From Mobula hypostoma (taxonomy: Eukaryota), in contig NC_086108.1 in NCBI RefSeq assembly GCF_963921235.1, forward strand, positions 98,210,001-98,274,000: a stretch of DNA of 64,000 nucleotides. Direction: 5' to 3'. Positions 62,755-64,000 of the stretch are shown in pieces. The first letter of the stretch is position 1. Every line of letters starts with the position of its first letter. The position numbers and the translations under genes were made by a program. Below the pieces are notes generated by a model that ran no database searches, was not told the origin of the DNA, and saw only the letters and a program-made list of their open reading frames with translations.

Positions 62755-63203
62755 AATGAGTAGCTGCAAGTCGCGGTACATGTCGGTACCAATGATACAG
62801 AGCAGAGGTCCTGCACAGTAAGTTTAGGGAGTTAGGAAGGAAGGTGAAGAGCAGGACCTCCAAGGTGGTAATCTCTGGATTACTCCTAGTGCCACGAGCT
62901 GATGAAGGGCAGACAGTGCAGATGAATGAGTGGCTGAGGAGATGGTGCAGGAGGCAGGGCTTCAAGTTCTTGTTTTTCACACAGAGAGTGGTGGGTGCGT
63001 GGAGTGCACTGCCAGGGAAGGTGATAGAGGCGGATACAATAGGGTCTTTTAAAAGACTCTTAGAGAGGTACATGGAGCTTAGAAAAATAGGGGACTCTGC
63101 GGTAGGGAAGTTCTAGGAAGTTTCTAGAGGAAGTTACGTGGTCGGCACAACATTGTGGGCCAAAGGGCCTGTGATGTGCTGTAGATTTTCTACGTTCTAT
63201 GTT
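62755..63203 (+). mobile_element. CR1 ORF1 esterase fragment abutting a CR1 3' end
   Basis: SRTSKVVISGLLLVPRA..MNEWLRRWCRRQGFKFL joined to FFTQRVVGAWSALP, then 3'UTR and TTCTATGTT tail. Confidence 0.85.
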
Positions 63204-63204
63204 A

Positions 63205-63910
63205 ACACAGAATATCAAAGCACAGAGTCATTGAAACAATCTAGGAATATTTAGTTTAGTTCAGTACAGTTCAATTTAGCGCTCTGTTGTTTGTTGACTG
63301 CAGGCCGCAGACCCAGTACGTCCTGATCAAAATGGTAATGCGAAAGCAGAACAACATCACAACATGAACTCCAGGGTCTGATCCACAAACTGCGCTGATT
63401 AAACCTCGCCCAAGATCCAAGATGGTGGCACCATCACCAGGCATCATCGAGCGAGAGGGAGAGAGACCGGTCACACGTAGACACCTTCCCCCGGAAGCAA
63501 CAAGTGGGAGTGAGCAAGAGACCTGGTAAAATGCAGCCACCTTCCTCCAGCAGCAACAAGCAAGAGGGAGAGAGATACCAATCAAACGAAGGGAGAAGGC
63601 GCCGAACAGCCTCGTCCTCGTTGATTTCAACCTTGCTCAATGCTTCAGTCGGTGAGAAATGGAGTTGATTGTGGACTCACGTCCTGTCTCCAGGCTGCCC
63701 ACTCCACTCGAAGCATCGCCGAACTCCCTCGCAAACAGCAAAGTGCCAGATTGCTCAATCGGCCCGAAAACACATCTCCAAAATGTAAAGCACAGGATCC
63801 AATTGGAGTCGAATCATTTCTGAAAGAAGACAAGGAAGCAAAAGTAGTTTCATGAACTGCCTGAAGGAGATTGCCTTTGGTCATGTCGTTCGCCAGCACC
63901 ATCTTCTTCA
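63205..63910 (-). mobile_element. Probable non-autonomous LINE-derived element (non-coding)
   Basis: Begins GAAGAAGATGGTG (YY1-like LINE 5' end) on the minus strand and is CpG-rich. Family not identified. Confidence 0.4.
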
Positions 63911-64000
63911 GTTAGGATATGAAACAGCACCAAAAGAAACTGAGACAACAAATGATGAGGATGAATATAGCAGGAGAGAAGGTAAGACCATCAGACATAG

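Noticed and set aside
1..64000. CRISPR array, operons, rRNA
   Set aside because: No regularly spaced repeats, no gene-dense prokaryotic organisation and no rRNA-like sequence. Repeated motifs are dispersed transposon copies.

Overview
This is vertebrate nuclear DNA, not prokaryotic. The repeat families look like those of a cartilaginous fish, probably a ray; that is inferred from my recall of elasmobranch CR1, SINE and Penelope families, not from a database search. Most of the window is nested transposable elements: CR1-type LINEs (one with an uninterrupted 749-codon ORF2 segment), Rex1/Babar and RTE LINE fragments, Penelope-like (GIY-YIG) fragments carrying minimal hammerhead-ribozyme motifs, Tc1-like elements, hAT-like MITEs and several SINE families. 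A CpG-rich promoter-like region at about 59.8-61 kb, with a minus-strand splice donor at 60116, suggests that most of the window is the 5' intronic region of an unidentified minus-strand host gene. Two low-confidence downstream exons lie at 23027-23156 and 9715-9898. No host gene could be named, and there is no CRISPR array, rRNA or true tRNA gene. I found no convincing wholly new system. The best leads are the dispersed hammerhead motifs, a composite element bounded by two hairpin mini-MITEs, a 3' module shared between SINE families, a possible HDV-like ribozyme remnant and a compositionally odd RTE. Boundaries of degraded repeats are approximate unless a TSD is cited.
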